The position numbers and the translations under genes were made by a program. From NCBI RefSeq assembly GCF_963921235.1, contig NC_086109.1, positions 3,660,001-3,724,000 on the forward strand: a stretch of 64,000 nt of DNA, in the 5' to 3' direction. The notes below the pieces were generated by a model. It searched no databases. It was given only the letters and a program-made list of their open reading frames with translations, and was not told the DNA's origin. Of this stretch, positions 25,720 through 38,765 are shown piece by piece; the first letter of the stretch is position 1, and each line of letters begins with the position of its first letter. The stretch comes from Mobula hypostoma (taxonomy: Eukaryota).

Positions 25720-26200
25720 AGGAGTCAGTGCTGAGGGACAGGCAGTGATGTGGGACAGTCAGAAGTGAGGGACTGTCAGAAATGAGGACAGTCAGTGGTG
25801 CAGGAAAGTCAGAAATGATGGACAATCAAATGTGAAGAACAGTCGTTAGGGAGGGACAGTTGGAAGTGAGGAATAATCGATTTGGAGAAATTCTCAGTGG
25901 TCTTGGTCAGTCAGTGGTGACGAACCTTTGGAGATGAGAGACAGTCAGTAGTGAAAATCAGTCGGGAGTGACGAACAGTGGGTGGTGAGGGACAGTCACT
26001 AGGGGTCAGTCGGTGGTGAGGGACAGTCACTAGGAGTCAGTCGGTGGTGAGGAACAGTTGGTGATGAGGGACAGTCACCAGGGGTCAGTCGGTGGTGAGG
26101 GACAGCCACCAGGGGTCAGTCGGTGGTGAGGGACAGTCACTAGGGGTCAGTCGGTGGTGAAGGTCAGTCTGTTGTGAGGAACAGTCAGCTGTAAGGGACA
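25720..26200 (+). repeat. Degenerate minisatellite (ggtgagggacagtc core; about 30-bp units at 25980-26160)
   Basis: Repeated cagtcggtggtgagggacagtcactagggg. Confidence 0.8.
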
Positions 26201-27521
26201 AAATCTTTACTTTCAGTATTTCACAAACTTCCCAAGCCATAACACTTTCCAGCATACAACAATTTAATCCCTTTCTCATTATCAAGCACATTATATGTAA
26301 ATGTGCATGCAGTCATTTATTTCAGCGCTGACTATACCATTAACACACCCACAGCACTCAGTATTAAAATGCAATTTGACTTATTCAATCGTCATGAGTC
26401 ATTGACCCAGTTAATGTATTGAACATTACAAGAAATTAAACAGTGCAGCCTCTAATTTGCTGTGAGAAATGCCCAGGTCATTCAAGCAAAATACAGCGTT
26501 CAAGTATCTTTCACCTCATATATGTAATGATGTCTGGCAGACTCACCATTACATCGTCCACTTTGATCATCCCCAGTAAGGTTTCACACACATCACCACT
26601 CAACAGTCTATGGCGTGAGGTTAACAGCAGGCACCTCCTGTGTATTCAGAGGTGAGAGCTATAGGCAGGAACCAGACAATCAGAATCAAAATCAGCTTTA
26701 TTATCACTGACATATGTCATGAAATTTGTTGTTTTGTGGCACCAGTACAGTACAATACATAAAATATACTATTAAGTTACAACAAGAAATATATCTATAA
26801 AAAATAAATAGTGCAAAAAGCGCAGAAATAATGAGGTCGTGTTTATGGGTTCATAGACCATTCAGAAATTGATGGTGGAAGGGAAGAAGCTGTTCCGAAA
26901 ACATTGACTGTGTGTCTTCAGGCTCCTGTACATCCTCCCGAATGGTAGCAATGAGAAGAGGGCATGTTCTGGCTGATGGGCATTCTTAATGGCAGATGCC
27001 AGCCTCTTGAAGCATCACCTTTTGAAGGTGTGTGCCTACAATGGAGGTGGCTGAGTTTACAAAGCTCAGCATCTCTGCAGAAGATAGGAGCTTGCTTCAG
27101 TGATTAGCTGCTGGCTGGCATTGTCTGTGTACCTGGACCAGCTGAGAAGTGTCCATGAAGGTCCTGCAGAGCTCCGTACCACACCAGTCTTCAGATATCA
27201 CCCTTATTCAGGTCTGTGTGTCCACTGATCCCCTGAGCCAGAACCTGCCAGCAATGCTTAGGATGGTTGTGAAGGTGTCTGGGTGTGTTGGCCTTTGTTC
27301 GTTGGGGGACTGAGTTCAAGAGCCGGGAGCTAGTGTTGCAGCTCGATAAAACCCTGGTTTGACCACACTTGGAATCTTGTGTTCCGTTCTGGTTGCGTCA
27401 TTATAAGAAGGATGTGGAAGCTTTAGAGAGGGTGCAGAGGAGATTTACCATGCTGCTGACTGGATTAGAGAGTGTGTCTTATGAGGGAAGGTCGAGAGAG
27501 CTAGGGCTTTTCTCCTTAGAG

Positions 27522-27601
27522 CAGACCTTCCCAACCTGGGGTCTATAGGCCCTTCAGTTAATGGTAAGGGTCCATAGCATAAAAATGATTGGGAACCCCT
27601 G
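27522..27601. mobile_element. 80-bp hAT-type MITE nested in a CR1 fragment (about 27260-27620)
   Basis: cagaccttcccaacc ... ttgggaacccctg; flanks ccttagag / (g)ctttagag resemble an 8-bp TSD. Confidence 0.65.
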
Positions 27602-28209
27602 GCTTTAGAGCAAACGACCATAAGGCATAAGAATGGAATTAGGAACTTGTCCTCAGGTGAAATGCATCGGGTTGCTTCAGTGGTGTCTGGTCTACGTGGC
27701 TCACATTCTGTGGGTGGATTCCCAGTACAAGTTTGGGAAACTACAACAGGCTCGGAGGAGTTAGCGAAACTGCGGATAATCCCCTCCCCCCAGGAAGTCT
27801 GGATCAAACGCTTCTGCAGATACACACAGGAATGTCACTGCCGTTAGTTGTGCTGATGAATCATCGATGCGGTGCTTAGCCAGGCCGTGACAACAGCCGT
27901 GCTACCTTTCATACTGAGCGATGATCTTCACCAATTTGCTCGCAGTGTTGTCTGGCCATCAGTGTCTCTCTAGCAGGGCCCAATATAGAGTTAGTCAGGT
28001 ACCTCCCCATTCCATTCACTCTCTGGGTTTGGGGTGGACTGTTCCCTTTGGAATTGGGTTGTTTTGAGGGGAAACATTTGGAGATTATATCAACAACATT
28101 TTTGTGAGATTTGGTAACCTGTGTATGTCTGTAAAGTTTCAGAGAGCACCTGTTGTCTGTAGTAAAGGTAACTTATGAACAACTGGACAGAGTGAGATTT
28201 GGCGATCTG

Positions 28210-28505
28210 TACTTGCTTACTGCTCATTATGCCTCCATCTCTGGTGGTGTTCGGGCTTCCTTCATCGTGTCAGTAGCTTCCTCACAGTTTTCACTACTGC
28301 CAGTCATGCAAGTCCCAGGTGGAGACTCAGGAATACCAACACACTCAGATGCAGAAGGATTCTTCATTGCTGTTTCTGTAACAGTTTTGTTGGACCAGTC
28401 AAGGTTGTTAGCCCTGAGTTGAACCGCTGAACCTGGAGGACCAGTGGGCCATGCTTAGTCTAGCCTCTACCCTTTGATTTGTTTGGCAGGGGTGTCCCTA
28501 CCAAG
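28210..28505 (-). mobile_element. RTE-derived non-autonomous element (partial)
   Basis: Colinear with 61637-62050 (ggtggagactcaggaatacc...gaacctggagga...tttggca). Confidence 0.6.
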
Positions 28506-29133
28506 CTGGGAGCTATAGCTGTATGCTTACGTTCATTCAAAAATGTTGGGTGGTCCTGGCTGGATTCGTTCTGGGACTGTAGCCAGGCAGTGTGGTATGC
28601 CAGTGAACTACAGAATTCGTTGTGTGTTAGCCTTAGCATTCTTGAGTTCCTGAGCACAGACCTCTGCCAAGACATTCCCAGCTTCCACTGAAGTGTGCCA
28701 GAGTAGTACAGAAACACCTCCTCACAGGCGAGGCTGGGAAATGTTCTGTCAAGATGTGCCCAAGCTGTAGCTCCAGCTGCAAATTGTAGTGATTGTTCAA
28801 CCCAACAGCCATCCAAGGTTGAAAATAAAACAGAAGACATTGGAAATCTGAAATAAAGTCAGAATGTTGGAGAAGCTCCTCTGGTCAGGCAGTGCCCATT
28901 GAAAGATTACAGGGAGAAGGCAGGAGAATGGGGTTTCCAGGGGATATTAGATCAGACATGTTCAAATGGTGGAGCAGAGTTGATGGGCAGAATAGCCTAA
29001 TTCTATTCCTTTATCTTATGGTCTAATACATTTCAGGTCCAAAACCCTTCATTGGAACTGAGGAAGGAACAAGATAATCCGGGTAGCAGAGAAGGCAGGG
29101 AAGGGTGACACAAACAGATAGAATCTCTGACAG

Positions 29134-29482
29134 ACCATAAGACAAAGGAGCAGAAGTCAGCCATTCGGCCCATCAAGGCTGCTCCGCTATTTTATCATGA
29201 GCTGACCCATTCTCCCATTTAGTCTCACTCCCCTGCCTTCTCACCATAACCTTTGATGCCCTGGATACTCAGATACCTATCAATCTCTGCCTTAAATACA
29301 CCCAATGACTTGGCCTCCACTGCCGCCCGTGGCAACAAATTCCATAGATTCACCACCCTCTGGCTAAAAAAATTTCTTTGCATCTCTGTTCTGAATGTGC
29401 GCCCTTCAATCCTTAAGTCATGCCCTCTCGTACCAGACTCCCCCATCATGGGAAACAACTTTGCCACATCCACTCTGTCCAT
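29134..29482 (-). mobile_element. Young CR1 3' fragment
   Basis: Open frame DRVDVAKLFPM.GESGTRGHDLRIEG...FFSQRVVNLWNLLP; 3' UTR ends tcttatggtct. Confidence 0.9.
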
Positions 29483-31517
29483 AATTGTGAGGCTGTTGTG
29501 GAACAATTCAGGTCTTTTATCTGTGTAATCTGTTACTAAACTGAGAAATTTATTTATTCAAAGATTCAACGTACATTTATTATGAAAGTATGCATACAGT
29601 ATTCAACCCTGAGATTCATCTTCCCCACAGACAGCCACAAAACAAAACCATGGAGCCCGTTCAAAGACGAATTTCAAACACCTACCCCACCGCCACCACA
29701 GGCAAAATTAAACAAATCACACGAACAGCAACAAAAAAAAAAGAGTAGGAAGCACAGAATATCTAACAAATCGAAAGAGTTCAGGCATAATCAGTTCAGC
29801 TCAGTGTTTATTATCTGCATGCCACCTCGATTCAAATTCGCCCAAGACAGCAACAAAAAAAGGAGCAACCAGAAACCAGAAACATATCATAACGTGAAGT
29901 CCAGATTATTGTCACGTGCACTGAAAAACCTTGATTTGCATGCCACCATACAGATCATTTCATCATATCAGTACAGGGTAAAGCAGGAACAGAATGTGTC
30001 TTAGCATTCAGAATCTAAGCAGAACAATTACAACCAAAGTAATAGGATTTGTGACATCTGGAATGTGTGGTGACACTTGTGGGCTGTCCCCAGCACACCC
30101 TTGGGTTGTTAACACAAGTGGTGAATTTTACTGAATGTTTTGATGTACATGTGACTAATAAACTTGAACCCTGAACCTTGAGTAGATCTGCAGAAAGCCA
30201 CCACACTCCAGCACCTTCTGACTTGTCCTTGCTGTGAGGTCTCGGAAGCAGTGTGTATTCTGGGCAATGGGACGTGTCTCGCAGTCACAAAGTAGACCAA
30301 CTGAAAAGAGGGCATGTCCAGGATGGTGAAGGTCATTAGTGATGGATGCTGCCTTATTACAACTCTGCCATTTGAAGATGTCCTCGGTGGTGGTGAGGTT
30401 TCTGCCTGTAATGGAGCTGGCTGAGATGACAAACCCTTGCAGCATTTGTGATCCTGTGCAGTGGAGCCTCCATACCAACTGGTCTAAATGCTCTCCACTG
30501 CTGGCATATCTCAAGTTCTTAATGAAGTAGAGGTGTTAGCATGCCAGCATCCAGGACATCTTCAAAGACTGATCCCTTAAAAAGGCAGACCCATCATTAC
30601 AGACCCCCAACACCCAGGACATGTCCTCTTCTCATTGCTGCCATCAGGAAGGAGGTACAGGAGCCTGAAGACACACACTCAATGATTCAGGAACAGGTTC
30701 TTTCCCTCTGCCATCCGATTTCTGAATGGACATTGAACCCATGAACACTACCTCACCACTTGTCTTTCCTCTCTTTTCGTACTACTTATTTAATAATCAT
30801 AATGTTTTTATTGTGCATTTCAATATACTTGCTGCCACAAACAAATTTCAGGACAGCTGCCAGTGATAATACACCTGATTCTCATTCTTTGTGTTGGGCC
30901 AAGGATTGGTTGGTGTTAGAAAGACACTGACCATTCAGAAGGAGGTAGGGTAGACCTTGTCTCTCTTCTCCGATGATGCCTGACCTGCTGAGAATTCACA
31001 ACATCCTCTTTCTATTTCGGCTTTACAGCATCTGCTGTGTTTTGCTTCTCAATTAAGGGAAGCAATTTACCATCTGGTAAGTGTATATGTACGAATATTT
31101 CCGTAAAGCCCCCTGCTGGTGAGGTGGAAAGGCTTTGTGTTAAGGGAGTTAAACAAATGGCAAACTGCTTCGAAGATTCACGGATCTGATTTGTGAATGA
31201 ATTGGTATCTGAACAGTCACCCAAGTCAGTTCACATCTGGGGGAAGTTACCATAACCATTCAAGTACTGCCAGTGCCAAACAGAATCTGAAGACTTCACC
31301 ATCTTCATGCCAACTGCTCACAAAGTTCTGCAGATCTCTGTGAGCAGAGCTTCCCTCAGTGATGTGTGCTTTTCTCATTGTGACCCTTGGCTCCTGGCAG
31401 CACGATGCATTAACAGGAGCCACATGGCGAGCAAACCAGGGGGGCAAATAGAACCATCTTCATTTAACCTTCTTAAATTCTTGTTAAAAGTGCTTGAGTG
31501 AGATTGGAACATTCATA

Positions 31518-32252
31518 ATCAGAATCAGGTTTAATATCACCAGCGTGTGGTGTGAAATTTGTTGACTTTGCTGTAGCAGTACCATGCAATACATAATAGG
31601 AAAAAACTTGAATTACAGTAAGTATATTAAATTGTTAAATTAAGTAAATGGTGCAAAAATAATAAAAATTAAGTACTGAGTTGGTGTTCATGAGTTCAAT
31701 GTCCATTCAGAGATCAAATGGCAGAGGGGAAGAAGCTTTTCCTGAATTCCTTTGCCTTCAGGCTCCTGTAACTCTGATGGTAGCAATGAGGAGAGGACAT
31801 GTCCTGGGTGATGGGGGTCCTTGATGATGGATGCCGCCTTTTCAAGGCATCGCTCCTTGAAGATGTCTTGGATGCTGCAGAGGCTAGTGCTCATACTGGA
31901 GCTGACTGAGTTTACAACTCTCGGCAGCTTATTTAGCTTCTGCGTAGTAGAACCAGTCCCACCACCCCCCGCCACCCACCCACATTCCAGACGGTGATGC
32001 AACCAGTTAGAATCCTCTCAACAGCACATCTGTAGAAATTTGCGAGTGTCTTTGGTGACATTCCAAATCTCCTACAACTCCTAATGAAATACCACTGCTG
32101 CCTTGCCTTCTTTGTAACTGCATCGATATGTTGGGTCCAGGATAGGTACTCAGAGAGGTCGACACCCAGGAAGTTGAGATTGCTCACCCTTTCCACTTCT
32201 GATCCCTCTATGTCATCTTACCTTTTCGGAAGTCCACAATCAGTTCTTTTCT
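31518..32252 (-). mobile_element. Rex1/Babar-type LINE 3' fragment
   Basis: ERVSNLNFLGVDLSEYLSWTQHIDAVTKKARQ..YFIR..RRFGMSPKTLANFYRC.VERILTGCITVW. Confidence 0.9.
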
Positions 32253-35200
32253 CCTGTGAATAAAGCAGAAGCTGACACATCAGTGTGACTTTAAACTCCT
32301 TTATATTTTGAAATACAAAAGAGAATTACAGTCATTTGAACAGATTTAGTTATTTAGCATCAGTGTGTTTGTTTGGCAGTAATTAGTGTTTTTAATCACT
32401 TTAAAATCTCACCTTGTCCCCAACAAAATGTAATGTTTACAGTAAACACTGCTTTGTAAATAAGATTCAGATTTATTTATCAAATGTTCATCGGAATGTG
32501 CAGTGAAGTGCCTCATTTGCATTAACCACCAACGCAACCTAGGGGGCACCTGCAAGTGTCACCACGCATTCTGGCACGAACATAGCATGTCCACAAAATA
32601 AAACTACAAATGGTGCCCATGGTTTTCATTGGAAGAGGCGGAATCAGTGGTAACTATGGAATTAATCTATACGTGCTGGAAGTTCCAGAGTCCCATGTGG
32701 CAGTACCATAAGGCGTAGGAACAGAATTAGGCCATTCAAAGCATCATGTCTGATTTATTATCTCTCTCAACCCCACTCTTCTGCTGCCTGCCCGTAACCT
32801 CTGATGCCCTTATTAATCAAGAACCACAAACTGTGGAATTTGTTGCCACAGTTGATAATGGAGGCCAAGCTGTAGGGTGTATTTAAGGCTGAGGTTGATA
32901 GATTTTTGATGAGTCAGGACACAAAGGTCATGGCTGAAGGGTGAAAGGTGAAAAGTTTAAGGGGAACAGGAGGGGGATCTTCACTCAAGTGGTCATGAGA
33001 GTTTGGAATGAGCTCCCAGCACAAGTGGTGTGGGTGAGCTCAATTTCAATATTCAAGAGAAGTTTGGATCGGTACATGGATAAGAGGAGTACGGTGGGCT
33101 ACGGTCCCAGTGCAGGTGGATGGGAGTAGGCAGTTTAAATGGTTCAGCATGTACTACATGGGCCAAAGGGCCTGTTGTGTACTCTATATCTCTATGATTC
33201 TATGAAGGGATATGGGGAGAAGGAAGATACTGGGGCTGAGAGGGAAATGGATCAGCCATGAAGAAATGGTGGAGCAGACTCGATGGGCCAAATGGCCTAA
33301 TTCTGCTCCTATACCTTATGGTCTCATACCCCAACCTCTAGCGCCTTCCTGTGAATATTCACCCAAGTTGCAGGCCAGCGTTTCCAGTGTAGTCTGGCAC
33401 AGCTGCGAAGTGCAGTTACCCCCACAAGGGGCTAGAGAGGGGCGTTGAATGGATATCTCGACCTACCAGAGATGCAGCTTAAAATGTGTTCCTCCTGCAG
33501 CTTCAATGCAAAACCAAAGCTTTGATGAATGTTCCTTGATTCACCTTTGAAATGGTAAATGTCATTGTTCTGCGATGATGTGCCTGTAAACAATGAGCGG
33601 GTGTCCTCGATTCGATTGGGTTGAATATATAAGCCACTCCGTACCAGCAAATAGAGCTGGAAATTACTTTGTTTCTGACCTTTAAGAGACAGCAGTGAAA
33701 ATGTGAAATAGTCCATTTTATTTCTTGGATGCATGAGAACAGAGAACATGGAATGTACAGTATAGCACAGAAACAGGCCACTCAGCCACTGATATCCCTG
33801 TGCCCGTGAAGACAATTTAAACTACTCATCTGCTTGCATGTCAAAGTTCAAAATAACTTTATTATCAAAGTACATTATGTCCACCATACACCACCCCGAG
33901 ATATGTATTCTTGCAGGCATTCACAGTAGGACAAAGCAATGCAATAGAATCAGTGAAAAACTACACACAAAAAACACTGATAAACAGCCAATGTGCAAAA
34001 GAAGACATTCTGTGCAAATACAAATAAATAAATGGATAGATTGAAAATTAATTAGTACTAAGACCATGAGCTGTAAAGTCCTTGAGAGCGAGAGAGACTG
34101 ATGCATAAAAACGAAAACGGTCAGGATGGGAAACAGTTTCTTCCCTCACGACATTAGGCTTCTGAACTTCCTGTTGTATCGCATTCAAAATGTGACTGGT
34201 TAATCTGTTCTGTACCTTACAATATTTAATTTATGCACTTTTAGGTTGTTTATGTACATGTAATCTATCTGTAGGTTTCATCCATAATTTCATAAATATT
34301 GTACGTCACGTGTACTACAGTCCTTTACATCCTGGTTCACAGAAACATTGTCTCATTTGACAGTGTACATGTATGCAGCTAAATGATAAAAAACTTGACC
34401 TTTTGGTATTGTCAAGGAGATGTGTTGGTGACCAAAATGGTTTTCCTGTGCTCCAAATCCTTCTCAGAGTTTAACATCTAATCGATAGAGACCGATGGGA
34501 GCTCCCACCAAAGACCCGACAATTGAAGGGTGGGATTGAAGTATGGAGTGCAGGAGGGTCCCTGCAGGGTGGGATCTCCCTCACCATAACAACCAGCTCA
34601 CTCCTCACAGGAGAATCCACCTCTTGATCACTGCTGGTATCCACTGCATCTGACTGACCACTGTCAGTGACCGCTGGGAGTGACCAGCTGGAGTAAACAC
34701 TCCAAGTGACCCTCGTAAATCAGTTTCTTCTCAGTCAGTCTCAGGCTGGATGGAGACTTGCTTCACCTCCCCGCTCACTCCCGGCCTAAACCATTGGTGA
34801 CAACAGCTTCCACTCTCTGTTTTACAGTAACAAAGTGTGGCCCTCCACCACCAATCAGCAATGGCACGGCCACTCGGAGAGGAGTGGACGTGCGGAGATG
34901 AGGTTGTTTATTATGTGTAATCCATCTGTAGGCTTCATCCTTACTTTTGTATGTTATCGTATGTTATGTGACTACTGTGCCTTACACACTGGTTTGGAAA
35001 AACATTGTCTTATTTGATGGTATAAATGTAATTAGTTAAATGACAATAAACTTGACTTTAGTCCATATCCCTCTATTCCCTGCTTATTTATGTCTTTGTC
35101 TCAATACCTCTTTAACATTGCTATCATATCTGTTCCTCCCATCTGCCAGCTTGTTCCAGGGACCCACCACTCTCTGTGTGGGAAAACTTGCCAAAAGTCT

Positions 35201-35648
35201 TGGGCACATAATTATAGCTAGGCTGCCAAAGACTTTTGCACAGTACTGTATTTGTCAAAATGGAGCGCAGAGTGAGTTCGTAGATCCGTCAGGAACAAAG
35301 AATGGCGAGAGTGGAGTGGGGGGGAGGGGTGTGGGACAGCTGGCAGAGAAGGAGTGCCAGGGGCGAGGGGTGGGTAGTGTGGGTGCATCACGCCTGTCCT
35401 GAGGCACCGGACAAGGTTATCCATTCCAAACAATTGGTTTATTGATCATTACAGAATGTCTCTCTAGTGCTTCCCACTCCCTTCCCTCTCCTCTCCCCTT
35501 TTCCCAACCATGATTCCCCTCTCCCTGACCCCTTCCCACTCCCAGTCCAAATAGACCCCTATCAGAATCAGGTTTATCGTCACTCACCTATGTCATGAAA
35601 TTTGTTTTTTTTTGTGACAGTAGTACAGAGCAATACATAAAATTACTA

Positions 35649-35720
35649 CAGTACTGTGCAAAAGTCTTAGGCACCTTAGCGATATACTGCATATGTGCTT
35701 AAGACTTCTGCGCAGTACTG
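35649..35720. mobile_element. 72-bp Tc1/mariner-type MITE
   Basis: 26-bp TIRs (cagtactgtgcaaaagtcttaggcac / gtgcttaagacttctgcgcagtactg, 3 mismatches) flanked by TA on both sides; inverted partial copy at 35192-35248. Confidence 0.85.
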
Positions 35721-36559
35721 TATGTTGGTACGAAGACCAGCACAACATTGTGGGTTCAATAGTCTGTCCAGTACTGTAAAGCATAAGGCTATAGTGTTCT
35801 ATGTCTCTCTACCCTACCTATGTCTTTCATAATGTTATACACTTTCACTCTGCAGAAAACAGACCCAGCCTATCTTTCTCTCATAATAACTCGGGCCCTC
35901 CAATCAAGGACGAGGAAGTATTTATATTCTAACCATCAGCTGCATAACCTTTCTGAAGCGGAGGCTTTCCACATCAGTAAACTGTTCTGCATTCAGAGTG
36001 AAGTTGACTTCATTCAGTTTATTGAGCCTGCCGAGCTCTGAATTCATTGCTGCTTCGGTATTGCGAGGTGGTTTGGCTGTCTTTGCCAGCGAAGGTAATG
36101 CGGTGACTATCGTGTGACCTGGAAGGGGCAGGGGTTCTGCATTTGCCCTGCCTTTAGACCTGGAGCTGCTCACCAGGGAAGAGCCTGGCGGAGTGGAAAT
36201 GTCACCGGACCCTGTCAGTTCGATTGGTAGGCTGCTCACGGCTGTGAGTTACTACTGCTCAGCGTGGCGGCAGAACGTCTGCTGGTCTTAGCTCAATAAA
36301 TCTTTAATTTTCCATCAAGGAAAGAACATGCACACGGTGAACTATTGACCTCTCTCTTCATATTTTATAAATTAACAAAAATCAACCTTCTTACTTTCAT
36401 GTAATTCCTTGAGAAATAATCAGGGGCGTAGTAAAGCTACAAAACTCTGATTCTGAAGGGTGGGTTCAGAGACAGTGTTTTCCCAGGACGAGATGCCTGC
36501 AATCAGGGGTCACAGACTCACAACTCACAGCTGTATGGGACACAGATGAGGATAAAGCT

Positions 36560-37245
36560 CAAGGTTCAAAGTAAATTTATTATCAGCGTACATATTCCAC
36601 CCCCACCCCCCGCGAGATACTGCTTCTTGCAGGCATACTCAATAAATTCAATAACCACAATAGAATCAATAAAAGACCGCACCAATTGCGTGAACGGCCA
36701 GCGTGCAAAAGACAACAAAATATGCAAATGCAAAAGAAAGAGAATAATAAATAAATCAGCAATAAATATTGGGAACATGGGATGGAGTCCTTGAAAATGA
36801 GTCCATAGGTGGTGGGAACAGTGTACTGATGGGGAGAGTGAAGTTATCCCCTCTGGTTCAGGAGCCTGATGGTTGAGGGGTAGTAACTGTTCCTGAACCT
36901 GGTGTGTGAATTCTGAGGCTCCTGTTGGCAGCAGCAGGAAGAGGGGATGACTTGGATGGAGGAAATTCTCGATGATCGATGCTGCTTTCCTGCAATAACG
37001 CTCTATGTAAATTTGCTTAATGACGGGGAAGGCTGTACCCCTGATGGGTTGGACCATAACCACTACTTTTGTAGGATTTTCCATTTAAGGGCATTGGTGT
37101 TTCCATACCAGGCCATGATGCAGTCAGTCAATATACTCTCCACCACGCATCCATACAGGTTTGTCAAAGTTTTAGATGTCATGCCAAATCTCGCAGACGC
37201 CTAAGTAGGCAGAGGTGCTGCCATGTTTTCTTCCTAATTGCACTT
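36560..37245 (-). mobile_element. Rex1/Babar-type LINE 3' fragment
   Basis: QPIRGTAFP.IKQIY.ERYCRKAASIIE..LHPSHPLF.LLP; tail at about 36560. Confidence 0.8.
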
Positions 37246-37320
37246 AATGGGTTTTTATTTATATTGTTATTGCTTAACCTCAATGCACCGTGTAATGACC
37301 TAATCTGAATGAACAGTATG

Positions 37321-37816
37321 CGACACAACACACATCAAAGTTGCTGGTGAACGCAGCAGGCCAGGCAGCATCTCTAGGAAGAGGTACAGTCGACGTTTCA
37401 GGCCCAGACCCTTCGTCAGGACTAACTGAAGGAAGAGCTAGTAAGAGATTTGAAAGTGGGAGGGGGAGGGGGAGGGGGAGATCCGAAATGATAGGAGAAG
37501 ACAGGAGGGGGAGGGATGGAGCCAAGAGCTGGACAGGTGATTGGCAAAAGGGGATACGAGAGGATCATGGGACAGGAGGCCCAGGGAGAAAGAAAAGGGA
37601 GAGGGGGGAAGCCCAGAGGATGGGCAAGGAGTATAGTGAGAGGGACAGAGGGAGAAAAAGGAGAGAGAGGAAAAGAATGTGTGTATATAAATAAATAAAT
37701 AATGGATGGGGTAGGAGGGGCAGGTGGGGCATTAGTGGAAGTTTGAGAAGTCAATGTTCATGCCATCAGGTTGGAGGCTACCCAGAAGGAATATAATATG
37801 TTGTTCCTCAAACCTG
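37321..37816 (-). mobile_element. Young Penelope-like element fragment inserted into a LINE 3' UTR
   Basis: Highly similar to 39614-40100; agtatg on both sides (37315-37320 and 37817-37822). Confidence 0.85.
37388..37423 (-). ncRNA. Minimal type I hammerhead ribozyme motif (PLE-associated)
   Basis: Minus strand agtc-CTGACGA-a-ggg-tctggg-cct-GAAA-c-GTC-gact: both core boxes, stem I agtc/gact, short stem II, no stem III, palindromic ACGT. Activity untested. Confidence 0.75.
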
Positions 37817-38179
37817 AGTATGTAAGACAAGTTTTTCACTGTATCTCGGTAACGTGGCACGAATAAACCAAGAAAATGATGAAATACCCAATAACTTGGG
37901 AGAAGAAAACTGAGGCTAACTTGTCATGATGTGAAGTGCTCTGATCAGCACGCGGGAGGGAACCTGGTTTTATGGACATTTATCACATGAAGTACGTGTC
38001 AGTGGGTGCATTTGGGTGAGGGTATGTGCGACCCAGTGACATAACCGACAGGAATCAGCACAGAGCAGGTTCTGACGGTTCCGCTGCTGGTAGATCTAGA
38101 AACTGATGGGTGGTACGGGGAGCCGTTGGTACAGGCAGTGACTCACACACTGGGCCACACCTCAGCTGTGCCGTAGTAT

Positions 38180-38765
38180 TGGAACGCCACAGCACACTAC
38201 AGGCCCTCTGGCCCACAATGTTGTGCCAACCCCTTAAGATCAATCTAACCCTTCTTACATAGCCCTCCACTTTTCCATCATCCATGTGCCTCTGTAAATA
38301 CCTCTCATGTATCTGCCTCTACCACCACCCGTGGCATATCTCCGACATCTCCCTTGTACTTTCCTCCAATCATATTAAAATTATGCCCATCGTTTGTGCA
38401 ATGTTCACTGTCCACTCGATCTGCAGTATATCTCTTATTATCTTGTACATCTCTACCACGTCACTTCTCATCCTCCTTCACTCCAAGGAGAAAAACCTTA
38501 GGTCACTCGACCTATCGTCATGACATGTTCTCTGATCTAGGCAGCATCCTGGTAATTCTCCTCTGAACCCTCTCTAAAGCTTCCACATCCTTCTTATAAT
38601 GAGTTGACCAGAACTGAACACAATACTCTAAGTGTGGTCTAAACAGGGTTTTAGAGAGCTCTGTCATTACCTCGTGGCTCTTGAACTCAACCATCCTGAC
38701 TAATGAAGGCCAACACCTTCTTAGCCACCCTATCAACCTGCGTGGCAACTGCGAGGGATCTCTCA
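38180..38765 (-). mobile_element. CR1 3' fragment
   Basis: KTLFRPHLEYCVQFWS..YKKDVEALERVQRRITRMLP. Confidence 0.85.

Noticed and set aside
35922..36239. 105-aa minus ORF as an antisense gene exon
   Set aside because: No recognisable homology, weak acceptor and no partner exons.
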